Below, piece after piece: positions 1 through 15,000 of a stretch of DNA of 64,000 nucleotides. Origin of the DNA: Schmidtea nova (taxonomy: Eukaryota); contig CM097882.1 in NCBI GenBank assembly GCA_044892505.1, positions 440,262,001 through 440,326,000 on the forward strand. The letters run 5' to 3'. A program made the translations under genes and the position numbers. Below the pieces are notes generated by a model that ran no database searches, was not told the DNA's origin, and was given only the letters and a program-made list of their open reading frames with translations. How positions within the stretch are numbered: the stretch's first letter is position 1; each line of letters opens with the position of its first letter.

Positions 1-3000
1 AAGCACAAAGACTAAGCAAATTGTGCAAAGATGTTGCAGAATCCCATCTTCCAGATTCGACAGTAATTAGAAATGCAGACATAGTAGATGACATCGTTGA
101 TGAAGTAACTGAGGAACGTAAAGTTGGGCTTGAAAATGGACAAAAGTTGTTATTTGATGCATTGGATAAGGATGAGTTAGACAATCTCAAAGGCAAAGAA
201 CTAGTTGAAAGTTTAGAAATAATGAAAGCATTGATTCCGAAATCCAAAGCGGGAGAGAAAGAACGGAAATTTCTAGACGACGTAATAGACGATTTGAAAA
301 AGTCTTTAAAAAGTGGATCAAAAGTGAAAATCGACAAGTCTGTTTGTGAACAATTAAAAGCTTTAGGTAAAAAGAGTGAAAAGAGATTAGTTAATTCCGA
401 TGAGGATAGCAACAAACTGCTCGAAGCAATTAGATGTTTATTTGATGAGGAAGAAGGCGAAAAAGAAAAGTTACTGAACCGGAAAGATATTGACAATTTA
501 CTGTGTGGAATAAAAGTCGCAAAAGATGCATTGAAAAATGAAATAAGTGAAGCGAAACTGATAGAGTTAGAAGAGATATTATTGAAGGAAGTCTCTGATG
601 GAAAAGATCTCATTAGACTAGAAGCGACAGTCAATGAACCTCTCATTGGTATTCTATGTGAAGCTGTCCAAATTCAATCGAGCATTCCGGATATTGCGGA
701 ACGTATAAGAAAATCTCGACAAGACGAAATTGAAAACAGTCGACGACCAATTGAAACAATCTTGAAAGAATTAGTGGAAACGTCAAAGAAGGATCAAATA
801 AAATTGAAAGGCCAAGATTTATCAAAATTGTCAAAAGCTATTGATACAATTGAAAGTAGGATTAACGAAACTCCAGACGCTGAAAGATCCAAGGAGTGGA
901 AAGCAAATAAATCTTTACTGGAATCTATTCTCCCTAAAGTACAAGAAGTCGTTGATTGCAAATCAAAAGAATTAGATCTGAACAAAGACGAAGCACAAAG
1001 ACTAAGCAAATTGTGCAAAGATGTTGCAGAATCCCATCTTCCAGATTCGACAGTAATTAGAAATGCAGACATAGTAGATGACATCGTTGATGAAGTAACT
1101 GAGGAACGTAAAGTTGGGCTTGAAAATGGACAAAAGTTGTTATTTGATGCATTGGATAAGGGTGAGTTAGACAATCTCAAAGGCAAAGAACTAGTTGAAA
1201 GTTTAGAAATAATGAAAGCATTGATTCCGAAATCCAAAGCGGGAGAGAAAGAACGGAAATTTCTAGACGACGTAATAGACGATTTGAAAAAGTCTTTAAA
1301 AAGTGGATCAAAAGTGAAAATCGACAAGTCTGTTTGTGAACAATTAAAAGCTTTAGGTAAAAAGAGTGAAAAGAGATTAGTTAATTCCGATGAGGATAGC
1401 AACAAACTGCTCGAAGCAATTAGATGTTTATTTGATGAGGAAGAAGGCGAAAAAGAAAAGTTACTGAACCGGAAAGATATTGACAATTTACTGTGTGGAA
1501 TAAAAGTCGCAAAAGATGCATTGAAAAATGAAATAAGTGAAGCGAAACTGATAGAGTTAGAAGAGATATTATTGAAGGAAGTCTCTGATGGAAAAGATCT
1601 CATTAGACTAGAAGCGACAGTCAATGAACCTCTCATTGGTATTCTATGTGAAGCTGTCCAAATTCAATCGAGCATTCCGGATATTGCGGAACGTATAAGA
1701 AAATCTCGACAAGACGAAATTGAAAACAGTCGACGACCAATTGAAACAATCTTGAAAGAATTAGTGGAAACGTCAAAGAGCGATCAAATAAAATTGAAAG
1801 GCCAAGATTTATCAAAATTGTCAAAAGCTATTGATACAATTGAAAGTAGGATTAATGAAACTCCAGACGCTGAAAGATCCAAGGAGTGGAAAGCAAATAA
1901 ATCTTTACTGGAATCTATTCTCCCTAAAGTACAAGAAGTCGTTGATTGCAAATCAAAAGAATTAGATCTGAACAAAGACGAAGCACAAAGACTAAGCAAA
2001 TTGTGCAAAGATGTTGCAGAATCCCATCTTCCAGATTCGACAGTAATTAGAAATGCAGACATAGTAGATGACATCGTTGATGAAGTAACTGAGGAACGTA
2101 AAGTTGGGCTTGAAAATGGACAAAAGTTGTTATTTGATGCATTGGATAAGGGTGAGTTAGACAATCTCAAAGGCAAAGAACTAGTTGAAAGTTTAGAAAT
2201 AATGAAAGCATTGATTCCGAAATCCAAAGCGGGAGAGAAAGAACGGAAATTTCTAGACGACGTAATAGACGATTTGAAAAAGTCTTTAAAAAGTGGATCA
2301 AAAGTGAAAATCGACAAGTCTGTTTGTGAACAATTAAAAGCTTTAGGTAAAAAGAGTGAAAAGAGATTAGTTAATTCCGATGAGGATAGCAACAAACTGC
2401 TCGAAGCAATTAGATGTTTATTTGATGAGGAAGAAGGCGAAAAAGAAAAGTTACTGAACCGGAAAGATATTGACAATTTACTGTGTGGAATAAAAGTCGC
2501 AAAAGATGCATTGAAAAATGAAATAAGTGAAGCGAAACTGATAGAGTTAGAAGAGATATTATTGAAGGAAGTCTCTGATGGAAAAGATCTCATTAGACTA
2601 GAAGCGACAGTCAATGAACCTCTCATTGGTATTCTATGTGAAGCTGTCCAAATTCAATCGAGCATTCCGGATATTGCGGAACGTATAAGAAAATCTCGAC
2701 AAGACGAAATTGAAAACAGTCGACGACCAATTGAAACAATCTTGAAAGAATTAGTGGAAACGTCAAAGAGCGATCAAATAAAATTGAAAGGCCAAGATTT
2801 ATCAAAATTGTCAAAAGCTATTGATACAATTGAAAGTAGGATTAACGAAACTCCAGACGCTGAAAGATCCAAGGAGTGGAAAGCAAATAAATCTTTACTG
2901 GAATCTATTCTCCCTAAAGTACAAGAAGTCGTTGATTGCAAATCAAAAGAATTAGATCTGAACAAAGACGAAGCACAAAGACTAAGCAAATTGTGCAAAG

Positions 3001-6000
3001 ATGTTGCAGAATCCCATCTTCCAGATTCGACAGTAATTAGAAATGCAGACATAGTAGATGACATCGTTGATGAAGTAACTGAGGAACGTAAAGTTGGGCT
3101 TGAAAATGGACAAAAGTTGTTATTTGATGCATTGGATAAGGGTGAGTTAGACAATCTCAAAGGCAAAGAACTAGTTGAAAGTTTAGAAATAATGAAAGCA
3201 TTGATTCCGAAATCCAAAGCGGGAGAGAAAGAACGGAAATTTCTAGACGACGTAATAGACGATTTGAAAAAGTCTTTAAAAAGTGGATCAAAAGTGAAAA
3301 TCGACAAGTCTGTTTGTGAACAATTAAAAGCTTTAGGTAAAAAGAGTGAAAAGAGATTAGTTAATTCCGATGAGGATAGCAACAAACTGCTCGAAGCAAT
3401 TAGATGTTTATTTGATGAGGAAGAAGGCGAAAAAGAAAAGTTACTGAACCGGAAAGATATTGACAATTTACTGTGTGGAATAAAAGTCGCAAAAGATGCA
3501 TTGAAAAATGAAATAAGTGAAGCGAAACTGATAGAGTTAGAAGAGATATTATTGAAGGAAGTCTCTGATGGAAAAGATCTCATTAGACTAGAAGCGACAG
3601 TCAATGAACCTCTCATTGGTATTCTATGTGAAGCTGTCCAAATTCAATCGAGCATTCCGGATATTGCGGAACGTATAAGAAAATCTCGACAAGACGAAAT
3701 TGAAAACAGTCGACGACCAATTGAAACAATCTTGAAAGAATTAGTGGAAACGTCAAAGAGCGATCAAATAAAATTGAAAGGCCAAGATTTATCAAAATTG
3801 TCAAAAGCTATTGATACAATTGAAAGTAGGATTAACGAAACTCCAGACGCTGAAAGATCCAAGGAGTGGAAAGCAAATAAATCTTTACTGGAATCTATTC
3901 TCCCTAAAGTACAAGAAGTCGTTGATTGCAAATCAAAAGAATTAGATCTGAACAAAGACGAAGCACAAAGACTAAGCAAATTGTGCAAAGATGTTGCAGA
4001 ATCCCATCTTCCAGATTCGACAGTAATTAGAAATGCAGACATAGTAGATGACATCGTTGATGAAGTAACTGAGGAACGTAAAGTTGGGCTTGAAAATGGA
4101 CAAAAGTTGTTATTTGATGCATTGGATAAGGGTGAGTTAGACAATCTCAAAGGCAAAGAACTAGTTGAAAGTTTAGAAATAATGAAAGCATTGATTCCGA
4201 AATCCAAAGCGGGAGAGAAAGAACGGAAATTTCTAGACGACGTAATAGACGATTTGAAAAAGTCTTTAAAAAGTGGATCAAAAGTGAAAATCGACAAGTC
4301 TGTTTGTGAACAATTAAAAGCTTTAGGTAAAAAGAGTGAAAAGAGATTAGTTAATTCCGATGAGGATAGCAACAAACTGCTCGAAGCAATTAGATGTTTA
4401 TTTGATGAGGAAGAAGGCGAAAAAGAAAAGTTACTGAACCGGAAAGATATTGACAATTTACTGTGTGGAATAAAAGTCGCAAAAGATGCATTGAAAAATG
4501 AAATAAGTGAAGCGAAACTGATAGAGTTAGAAGAGATATTATTGAAGGAAGTCTCTGATGGAAAAGATCTCATTAGACTAGAAGCGACAGTCAATGAACC
4601 TCTCATTGGTATTCTATGTGAAGCTGTCCAAATTCAATCGAGCATTCCAGATATTGCGGAACGTATAAGAAAATCTCGACAAGACGAAATTGAAAACAGT
4701 CGACGACCAATTGAAACAATCTTGAAAGAATTAGTGGAAACGTCAAAGAGCGATCAAATAAAATTGAAAGGCCAAGATTTATCAAAATTGTCAAAAGCTA
4801 TTGATACAATTGAAAGTAGGATTAACGAAACTCCAGACGCTGAAAGATCCAAGGAGTGGAAAGCAAATAAATCTTTACTGGAATCTATTCTCCCTAAAGT
4901 ACAAGAAGTCGTTGATTGCAAATCAAAAGAATTAGATCTGAACAAAGACGAAGCACAAAGACTAAGCAAATTGTGCAAAGATGTTGCAGAATCCCATCTT
5001 CCAGATTCGACAGTAATTAGAAATGCAGACATAGTAGATGACATCGTTGATGAAGTAACTGAGGAACGTAAAGTTGGGCTTGAAAATGGACAAAAGTTGT
5101 TATTTGATGCATTGGATAAGGGTGAGTTAGACAATCTCAAAGGCAAAGAACTAGTTGAAAGTTTAGAAATAATGAAAGCATTGATTCCGAAATCCAAAGC
5201 GGGAGAGAAAGAACGGAAATTTCTAGACGACGTAATAGACGATTTGAAAAAGTCTTTAAAAAGTGGATCAAAAGTGAAAATCGACAAGTCTGTTTGTGAA
5301 CAATTAAAAGCTTTAGGTAAAAAGAGTGAAAAGAGATTAGTTAATTCCGATGAGGATAGCAACAAACTGCTCGAAGCAATTAGATGTTTATTTGATGAGG
5401 AAGAAGGCGAAAAAGAAAAGTTACTGAACCGGAAAGATATTGACAATTTACTGTGTGGAATAAAAGTCGCAAAAGATGCATTGAAAAATGAAATAAGTGA
5501 AGCGAAACTGATAGAGTTAGAAGAGATATTATTGAAGGAAGTCTCTGATGGAAAAGATCTCATTAGACTAGAAGCGACAGTCAATGAACCTCTCATTGGT
5601 ATTCTATGTGAAGCTGTCCAAATTCAATCGAGCATTCCGGATATTGCGGAACGTATAAGAAAATCTCGACAAGACGAAATTGAAAACAGTCGACGACCAA
5701 TTGAAACAATCTTGAAAGAATTAGTGGAAACGTCAAAGAGCGATCAAATAAAATTGAAAGGCCAAGATTTATCAAAATTGTCAAAAGCTATTGATACAAT
5801 TGAAAGTAGGATTAACGAAACTCCAGACGCTGAAAGATCCAAGGAGTGGAAAGCAAATAAATCTTTACTGGAATCTATTCTCCCTAAAGTACAAGAAGTC
5901 GTTGATTGCAAATCAAAAGAATTAGATCTGAACAAAGACGAAGCACAAAGACTAAGCAAATTGTGCAAAGATGTTGCAGAATCCCATCTTCCAGATTCGA

Positions 6001-9000
6001 CAGTAATTAGAAATGCAGACATAGTAGATGACATCGTTGATGAAGTAACTGAGGAACGTAAAGTTGGGCTTGAAAATGGACAAAAGTTGTTATTTGATGC
6101 ATTGGATAAGGGTGAGTTAGACAATCTCAAAGGCAAAGAACTAGTTGAAAGTTTAGAAATAATGAAAGCATTGATTCCGAAATCCAAAGCGGGAGAGAAA
6201 GAACGGAAATTTCTAGACGACGTAATAGACGATTTGAAAAAGTCTTTAAAAAGTGGATCAAAAGTGAAAATCGACAAGTCTGTTTGTGAACAATTAAAAG
6301 CTTTAGGTAAAAAGAGTGAAAAGAGATTAGTTAATTCCGATGAGGATAGCAACAAACTGCTCGAAGCAATTAGATGTTTATTTGATGAGGAAGAAGGCGA
6401 AAAAGAAAAGTTACTGAACCGGAAAGATATTGACAATTTACTGTGTGGAATAAAAGTCGCAAAAGATGCATTGAAAAATGAAATAAGTGAAGCGAAACTG
6501 ATAGAGTTAGAAGAGATATTATTGAAGGAAGTCTCTGATGGAAAAGATCTCATTAGACTAGAAGCGACAGTCAATGAACCTCTCATTGGTATTCTATGTG
6601 AAGCTGTCCAAATTCAATCGAGCATTCCGGATATTGCGGAACGTATAAGAAAATCTCGACAAGACGAAATTGAAAACAGTCGACGACCAATTGAAACAAT
6701 CTTGAAAGAATTAGTGGAAACGTCAAAGAGCGATCAAATAAAATTGAAAGGCCAAGATTTATCAAAATTGTCAAAAGCTATTGATACAATTGAAAGTAGG
6801 ATTAACGAAACTCCAGACGCTGAAAGATCCAAGGAGTGGAAAGCAAATAAATCTTTACTGGAATCTATTCTCCCTAAAGTACAAGAAGTCGTTGATTGCA
6901 AATCAAAAGAATTAGATCTGAACAAAGACGAAGCACAAAGACTAAGCAAATTGTGCAAAGATGTTGCAGAATCCCATCTTCCAGATTCGACAGTAATTAG
7001 AAATGCAGACATAGTAGATGACATCGTTGATGAAGTAACTGAGGAACGTAAAGTTGGGCTTGAAAATGGACAAAAGTTGTTATTTGATGCATTGGATAAG
7101 GGTGAGTTAGACAATCTCAAAGGCAAAGAACTAGTTGAAAGTTTAGAAATAATGAAAGCATTGATTCCGAAATCCAAAGCGGGAGAGAAAGAACGGAAAT
7201 TTCTAGACGACGTAATAGACGATTTGAAAAAGTCTTTAAAAAGTGGATCAAAAGTGAAAATCGACAAGTCTGTTTGTGAACAATTAAAAGCTTTAGGTAA
7301 AAAGAGTGAAAAGAGATTAGTTAATTCCGATGAGGATAGCAACAAACTGCTCGAAGCAATTAGATGTTTATTTGATGAGGAAGAAGGCGAAAAAGAAAAG
7401 TTACTGAACCGGAAAGATATTGACAATTTACTGTGTGGAATAAAAGTCGCAAAAGATGCATTGAAAAATGAAATAAGTGAAGCGAAACTGATAGAGTTAG
7501 AAGAGATATTATTGAAGGAAGTCTCTGATGGAAAAGATCTCATTAGACTAGAAGCGACAGTCAATGAACCTCTCATTGGTATTCTATGTGAAGCTGTCCA
7601 AATTCAATCGAGCATTCCGGATATTGCGGAACGTATAAGAAAATCTCGACAAGACGAAATTGAAAACAGTCGACGACCAATTGAAACAATCTTGAAAGAA
7701 TTAGTGGAAACGTCAAAGAGCGATCAAATAAAATTGAAAGGCCAAGATTTATCAAAATTGTCAAAAGCTATTGATACAATTGAAAGTAGGATTAACGAAA
7801 CTCCAGACGCTGAAAGATCCAAGGAGTGGAAAGCAAATAAATCTTTACTGGAATCTATTCTCCCTAAAGTACAAGAAGTCGTTGATTGCAAATCAAAAGA
7901 ATTAGATCTGAACAAAGACGAAGCACAAAGACTAAGCAAATTGTGCAAAGATGTTGCAGAATCCCATCTTCCAGATTCGACAGTAATTAGAAATGCAGAC
8001 ATAGTAGATGACATCGTTGATGAAGTAACTGAGGAACGTAAAGTTGGGCTTGAAAATGGACAAAAGTTGTTATTTGATGCATTGGATAAGGGTGAGTTAG
8101 ACAATCTCAAAGGCAAAGAACTAGTTGAAAGTTTAGAAATAATGAAAGCATTGATTCCGAAATCCAAAGCGGGAGAGAAAGAACGGAAATTTCTAGACGA
8201 CGTAATAGACGATTTGAAAAAGTCTTTAAAAAGTGGATCAAAAGTGAAAATCGACAAGTCTGTTTGTGAACAATTAAAAGCTTTAGGTAAAAAGAGTGAA
8301 AAGAGATTAGTTAATTCCGATGAGGATAGCAACAAACTGCTCGAAGCAATTAGATGTTTATTTGATGAGGAAGAAGGCGAAAAAGAAAAGTTACTGAACC
8401 GGAAAGATATTGACAATTTACTGTGTGGAATAAAAGTCGCAAAAGATGCATTGAAAAATGAAATAAGTGAAGCGAAACTGATAGAGTTAGAAGAGATATT
8501 ATTGAAGGAAGTCTCTGATGGAAAAGATCTCATTAGACTAGAAGCGACAGTCAATGAACCTCTCATTGGTATTCTATGTGAAGCTGTCCAAATTCAATCG
8601 AGCATTCCGGATATTGCGGAACGTATAAGAAAATCTCGACAAGACGAAATTGAAAACAGTCGACGACCAATTGAAACAATCTTGAAAGAATTAGTGGAAA
8701 CGTCAAAGAGCGATCAAATAAAATTGAAAGGCCAAGATTTATCAAAATTGTCAAAAGCTATTGATACAATTGAAAGTAGGATTAACGAAACTCCAGACGC
8801 TGAAAGATCCAAGGAGTGGAAAGCAAATAAATCTTTACTGGAATCTATTCTCCCTAAAGTACAAGAAGTCGTTGATTGCAAATCAAAAGAATTAGATCTG
8901 AACAAAGACGAAGCACAAAGACTAAGCAAATTGTGCAAAGATGTTGCAGAATCCCATCTTCCAGATTCGACAGTAATTAGAAATGCAGACATAGTAGATG

Positions 9001-12000
9001 ACATCGTTGATGAAGTAACTGAGGAACGTAAAGTTGGGCTTGAAAATGGACAAAAGTTGTTATTTGATGCATTGGATAAGGGTGAGTTAGACAATCTCAA
9101 AGGCAAAGAACTAGTTGAAAGTTTAGAAATAATGAAAGCATTGATTCCGAAATCCAAAGCGGGAGAGAAAGAACGGAAATTTCTAGACGACGTAATAGAC
9201 GATTTGAAAAAGTCTTTAAAAAGTGGATCAAAAGTGAAAATCGACAAGTCTGTTTGTGAACAATTAAAAGCTTTAGGTAAAAAGAGTGAAAAGAGATTAG
9301 TTAATTCCGATGAGGATAGCAACAAACTGCTCGAAGCAATTAGATGTTTATTTGATGAGGAAGAAGGCGAAAAAGAAAAGTTACTGAACCGGAAAGATAT
9401 TGACAATTTACTGTGTGGAATAAAAGTCGCAAAAGATGCATTGAAAAATGAAATAAGTGAAGCGAAACTGATAGAGTTAGAAGAGATATTATTGAAGGAA
9501 GTCTCTGATGGAAAAGATCTCATTAGACTAGAAGCGACAGTCAATGAACCTCTCATTGGTATTCTATGTGAAGCTGTCCAAATTCAATCGAGCATTCCGG
9601 ATATTGCGGAACGTATAAGAAAATCTCGACAAGACGAAATTGAAAACAGTCGACGACCAATTGAAACAATCTTGAAAGAATTAGTGGAAACGTCAAAGAG
9701 CGATCAAATAAAATTGAAAGGCCAAGATTTATCAAAATTGTCAAAAGCTATTGATACAATTGAAAGTAGGATTAACGAAACTCCAGACGCTGAAAGATCC
9801 AAGGAGTGGAAAGCAAATAAATCTTTACTGGAATCTATTCTCCCTAAAGTACAAGAAGTCGTTGATTGCAAATCAAAAGAATTAGATCTGAACAAAGACG
9901 AAGCACAAAGACTAAGCAAATTGTGCAAAGATGTTGCAGAATCCCATCTTCCAGATTCGACAGTAATTAGAAATGCAGACATAGTAGATGACATCGTTGA
10001 TGAAGTAACTGAGGAACGTAAAGTTGGGCTTGAAAATGGACAAAAGTTGTTATTTGATGCATTGGATAAGGGTGAGTTAGACAATCTCAAAGGCAAAGAA
10101 CTAGTTGAAAGTTTAGAAATAATGAAAGCATTGATTCCGAAATCCAAAGCGGGAGAGAAAGAACGGAAATTTCTAGACGACGTAATAGACGATTTGAAAA
10201 AGTCTTTAAAAAGTGGATCAAAAGTGAAAATCGACAAGTCTGTTTGTGAACAATTAAAAGCTTTAGGTAAAAAGAGTGAAAAGAGATTAGTTAATTCCGA
10301 TGAGGATAGCAACAAACTGCTCGAAGCAATTAGATGTTTATTTGATGAGGAAGAAGGCGAAAAAGAAAAGTTACTGAACCGGAAAGATATTGACAATTTA
10401 CTGTGTGGAATAAAAGTCGCAAAAGATGCATTGAAAAATGAAATAAGTGAAGCGAAACTGATAGAGTTAGAAGAGATATTATTGAAGGAAGTCTCTGATG
10501 GAAAAGATCTCATTAGACTAGAAGCGACAGTCAATGAACCTCTCATTGGTATTCTATGTGAAGCTGTCCAAATTCAATCGAGCATTCCAGATATTGCGGA
10601 ACGTATAAGAAAATCTCGACAAGACGAAATTGAAAACAGTCGACGACCAATTGAAACAATCTTGAAAGAATTAGTGGAAACGTCAAAGAGCGATCAAATA
10701 AAATTGAAAGGCCAAGATTTATCAAAATTGTCAAAAGCTATTGATACAATTGAAAGTAGGATTAACGAAACTCCAGACGCTGAAAGATCCAAGGAGTGGA
10801 AAGCAAATAAATCTTTACTGGAATCTATTCTCCCTAAAGTACAAGAAGTCGTTGATTGCAAATCAAAAGAATTAGATCTGAACAAAGACGAAGCACAAAG
10901 ACTAAGCAAATTGTGCAAAGATGTTGCAGAATCCCATCTTCCAGATTCGACAGTAATTAGAAATGCAGACATAGTAGATGACATCGTTGATGAAGTAACT
11001 GAGGAACGTAAAGTTGGGCTTGAAAATGGACAAAAGTTGTTATTTGATGCATTGGATAAGGGTGAGTTAGACAATCTCAAAGGCAAAGAACTAGTTGAAA
11101 GTTTAGAAATAATGAAAGCATTGATTCCGAAATCCAAAGCGGGAGAGAAAGAACGGAAATTTCTAGACGACGTAATAGACGATTTGAAAAAGTCTTTAAA
11201 AAGTGGATCAAAAGTGAAAATCGACAAGTCTGTTTGTGAACAATTAAAAGCTTTAGGTAAAAAGAGTGAAAAGAGATTAGTTAATTCCGATGAGGATAGC
11301 AACAAACTGCTCGAAGCAATTAGATGTTTATTTGATGAGGAAGAAGGCGAAAAAGAAAAGTTACTGAACCGGAAAGATATTGACAATTTACTGTGTGGAA
11401 TAAAAGTCGCAAAAGATGCATTGAAAAATGAAATAAGTGAAGCGAAACTGATAGAGTTAGAAGAGATATTATTGAAGGAAGTCTCTGATGGAAAAGATCT
11501 CATTAGACTAGAAGCGACAGTCAATGAACCTCTCATTGGTATTCTATGTGAAGCTGTCCAAATTCAATCGAGCATTCCGGATATTGCGGAACGTATAAGA
11601 AAATCTCGACAAGACGAAATTGAAAACAGTCGACGACCAATTGAAACAATCTTGAAAGAATTAGTGGAAACGTCAAAGAGCGATCAAATAAAATTGAAAG
11701 GCCAAGATTTATCAAAATTGTCAAAAGCTATTGATACAATTGAAAGTAGGATTAACGAAACTCCAGACGCTGAAAGATCCAAGGAGTGGAAAGCAAATAA
11801 ATCTTTACTGGAATCTATTCTCCCTAAAGTACAAGAAGTCGTTGATTGCAAATCAAAAGAATTAGATCTGAACAAAGACGAAGCACAAAGACTAAGCAAA
11901 TTGTGCAAAGATGTTGCAGAATCCCATCTTCCAGATTCGACAGTAATTAGAAATGCAGACATAGTAGATGACATCGTTGATGAAGTAACTGAGGAACGTA

Positions 12001-15000
12001 AAGTTGGGCTTGAAAATGGACAAAAGTTGTTATTTGATGCATTGGATAAGGGTGAGTTAGACAATCTCAAAGGCAAAGAACTAGTTGAAAGTTTAGAAAT
12101 AATGAAAGCATTGATTCCGAAATCCAAAGCGGGAGAGAAAGAACGGAAATTTCTAGACGACGTAATAGACGATTTGAAAAAGTCTTTAAAAAGTGGATCA
12201 AAAGTGAAAATCGACAAGTCTGTTTGTGAACAATTAAAAGCTTTAGGTAAAAAGAGTGAAAAGAGATTAGTTAATTCCGATGAGGATAGCAACAAACTGC
12301 TCGAAGCAATTAGATGTTTATTTGATGAGGAAGAAGGCGAAAAAGAAAAGTTACTGAACCGGAAAGATATTGACAATTTACTGTGTGGAATAAAAGTCGC
12401 AAAAGATGCATTGAAAAATGAAATAAGTGAAGCGAAACTGATAGAGTTAGAAGAGATATTATTGAAGGAAGTCTCTGATGGAAAAGATCTCATTAGACTA
12501 GAAGCGACAGTCAATGAACCTCTCATTGGTATTCTATGTGAAGCTGTCCAAATTCAATCGAGCATTCCGGATATTGCGGAACGTATAAGAAAATCTCGAC
12601 AAGACGAAATTGAAAACAGTCGACGACCAATTGAAACAATCTTGAAAGAATTAGTGGAAACGTCAAAGAGCGATCAAATAAAATTGAAAGGCCAAGATTT
12701 ATCAAAATTGTCAAAAGCTATTGATACAATTGAAAGTAGGATTAACGAAACTCCAGACGCTGAAAGATCCAAGGAGTGGAAAGCAAATAAATCTTTACTG
12801 GAATCTATTCTCCCTAAAGTACAAGAAGTCGTTGATTGCAAATCAAAAGAATTAGATCTGAACAAAGACGAAGCACAAAGACTAAGCAAATTGTGCAAAG
12901 ATGTTGCAGAATCCCATCTTCCAGATTCGACAGTAATTAGAAATGCAGACATAGTAGATGACATCGTTGATGAAGTAACTGAGGAACGTAAAGTTGGGCT
13001 TGAAAATGGACAAAAGTTGTTATTTGATGCATTGGATAAGGGTGAGTTAGACAATCTCAAAGGCAAAGAACTAGTTGAAAGTTTAGAAATAATGAAAGCA
13101 TTGATTCCGAAATCCAAAGCGGGAGAGAAAGAACGGAAATTTCTAGACGACGTAATAGACGATTTGAAAAAGTCTTTAAAAAGTGGATCAAAAGTGAAAA
13201 TCGACAAGTCTGTTTGTGAACAATTAAAAGCTTTAGGTAAAAAGAGTGAAAAGAGATTAGTTAATTCCGATGAGGATAGCAACAAACTGCTCGAAGCAAT
13301 TAGATGTTTATTTGATGAGGAAGAAGGCGAAAAAGAAAAGTTACTGAACCGGAAAGATATTGACAATTTACTGTGTGGAATAAAAGTCGCAAAAGATGCA
13401 TTGAAAAATGAAATAAGTGAAGCGAAACTGATAGAGTTAGAAGAGATATTATTGAAGGAAGTCTCTGATGGAAAAGATCTCATTAGACTAGAAGCGACAG
13501 TCAATGAACCTCTCATTGGTATTCTATGTGAAGCTGTCCAAATTCAATCGAGCATTCCGGATATTGCGGAACGTATAAGAAAATCTCGACAAGACGAAAT
13601 TGAAAACAGTCGACGACCAATTGAAACAATCTTGAAAGAATTAGTGGAAACGTCAAAGAGCGATCAAATAAAATTGAAAGGCCAAGATTTATCAAAATTG
13701 TCAAAAGCTATTGATACAATTGAAAGTAGGATTAACGAAACTCCAGACGCTGAAAGATCCAAGGAGTGGAAAGCAAATAAATCTTTACTGGAATCTATTC
13801 TCCCTAAAGTACAAGAAGTCGTTGATTGCAAATCAAAAGAATTAGATCTGAACAAAGACGAAGCACAAAGACTAAGCAAATTGTGCAAAGATGTTGCAGA
13901 ATCCCATCTTCCAGATTCGACAGTAATTAGAAATGCAGACATAGTAGATGACATCGTTGATGAAGTAACTGAGGAACGTAAAGTTGGGCTTGAAAATGGA
14001 CAAAAGTTGTTATTTGATGCATTGGATAAGGGTGAGTTAGACAATCTCAAAGGCAAAGAACTAGTTGAAAGTTTAGAAATAATGAAAGCATTGATTCCGA
14101 AATCCAAAGCGGGAGAGAAAGAACGGAAATTTCTAGACGACGTAATAGACGATTTGAAAAAGTCTTTAAAAAGTGGATCAAAAGTGAAAATCGACAAGTC
14201 TGTTTGTGAACAATTAAAAGCTTTAGGTAAAAAGAGTGAAAAGAGATTAGTTAATTCCGATGAGGATAGCAACAAACTGCTCGAAGCAATTAGATGTTTA
14301 TTTGATGAGGAAGAAGGCGAAAAAGAAAAGTTACTGAACCGGAAAGATATTGACAATTTACTGTGTGGAATAAAAGTCGCAAAAGATGCATTGAAAAATG
14401 AAATAAGTGAAGCGAAACTGATAGAGTTAGAAGAGATATTATTGAAGGAAGTCTCTGATGGAAAAGATCTCATTAGACTAGAAGCGACAGTCAATGAACC
14501 TCTCATTGGTATTCTATGTGAAGCTGTCCAAATTCAATCGAGCATTCCGGATATTGCGGAACGTATAAGAAAATCTCGACAAGACGAAATTGAAAACAGT
14601 CGACGACCAATTGAAACAATCTTGAAAGAATTAGTGGAAACGTCAAAGAGCGATCAAATAAAATTGAAAGGCCAAGATTTATCAAAATTGTCAAAAGCTA
14701 TTGATACAATTGAAAGTAGGATTAACGAAACTCCAGACGCTGAAAGATCCAAGGAGTGGAAAGCAAATAAATCTTTACTGGAATCTATTCTCCCTAAAGT
14801 ACAAGAAGTCGTTGATTGCAAATCAAAAGAATTAGATCTGAACAAAGACGAAGCACAAAGACTAAGCAAATTGTGCAAAGATGTTGCAGAATCCCATCTT
14901 CCAGATTCGACAGTAATTAGAAATGCAGACATAGTAGATGACATCGTTGATGAAGTAACTGAGGAACGTAAAGTTGGGCTTGAAAATGGACAAAAGTTGT

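Noticed and set aside
21-23. Start codon given for the 14,241-aa ORF
   Set aside because: It is the TTG Leu codon of the repeat (SKLCKD), and the frame is open back to position 3.
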